From Sphyrna mokarran (lineage: Eukaryota), in assembly GCA_024679065.1 (NCBI GenBank), contig JAGIQG010000017.1, forward strand, positions 28,148,001 to 28,212,000: a stretch of DNA of 64,000 bases, in the 5' to 3' direction. The notes under the pieces are model-generated. The model made no database searches and was not told the origin of the DNA. It saw only the letters and a list, made by a program, of their open reading frames with translations. Below, in pieces: positions 63,851 through 64,000 of the stretch. Every line of letters starts with the position of its first letter. Positions within the stretch are counted from its first letter, which is position 1. Position numbers and translations under genes: made by a program.

Positions 63851-64000
63851 ACAGCTCCCCCAGATTGGTGTACACATTACATCACTATGGTATCCACATT
63901 ATCAAGTTGCTGAGTAACCCCAGTAGGTGGGTTGTGCGATCAGTCAGTCCATTCCTGGCTTTCCTGTTGTCCTATTGCACTCGGGCTGCAAGATAGGTAT

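Overview
This is vertebrate genomic DNA, very likely from a shark (cartilaginous fish), judging by the repeat content: HE1-type V-SINEs, SacSINE/Deu-type SINEs, CR1/HER1 LINEs and Penelope remnants. It contains the conserved HMX3-HMX2-BUB3 block, all on the + strand: two-exon HMX3 (27272-28270), two-exon HMX2 (38299-40158) and the 5' half of BUB3 (CpG promoter near 43.3 kb, coding exons at 48481, 51400 and 53290, with later exons apparently beyond the window). Both flanks (1-17.5 kb and 44.9-64 kb) are dense in decayed transposons and poor in CpG. The central ~26 kb is almost free of repeats, keeps its CpGs and is full of enhancer-like blocks, as expected for a developmental methylation valley and genomic regulatory block. 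I found no convincing wholly new multi-gene system. The best leads are: (1) an unannotated-looking upstream exon (26692/26773-26809) that would splice in frame to HMX3 exon 2 and give a homeodomain isoform lacking the eh1 repression motif; (2) a 99-nt stop-free in-frame HMX3 intron; (3) a ~250-bp-arm inverted repeat with a CTCF-like site at the left edge of the CpG domain; (4) unusual translation-start and tandem splice-donor arrangements in HMX2 and BUB3. Exon boundaries were counted base by base. Repeat boundaries and family names come from reading by eye and recalled consensus sequences, not from a database search, so they are approximate.
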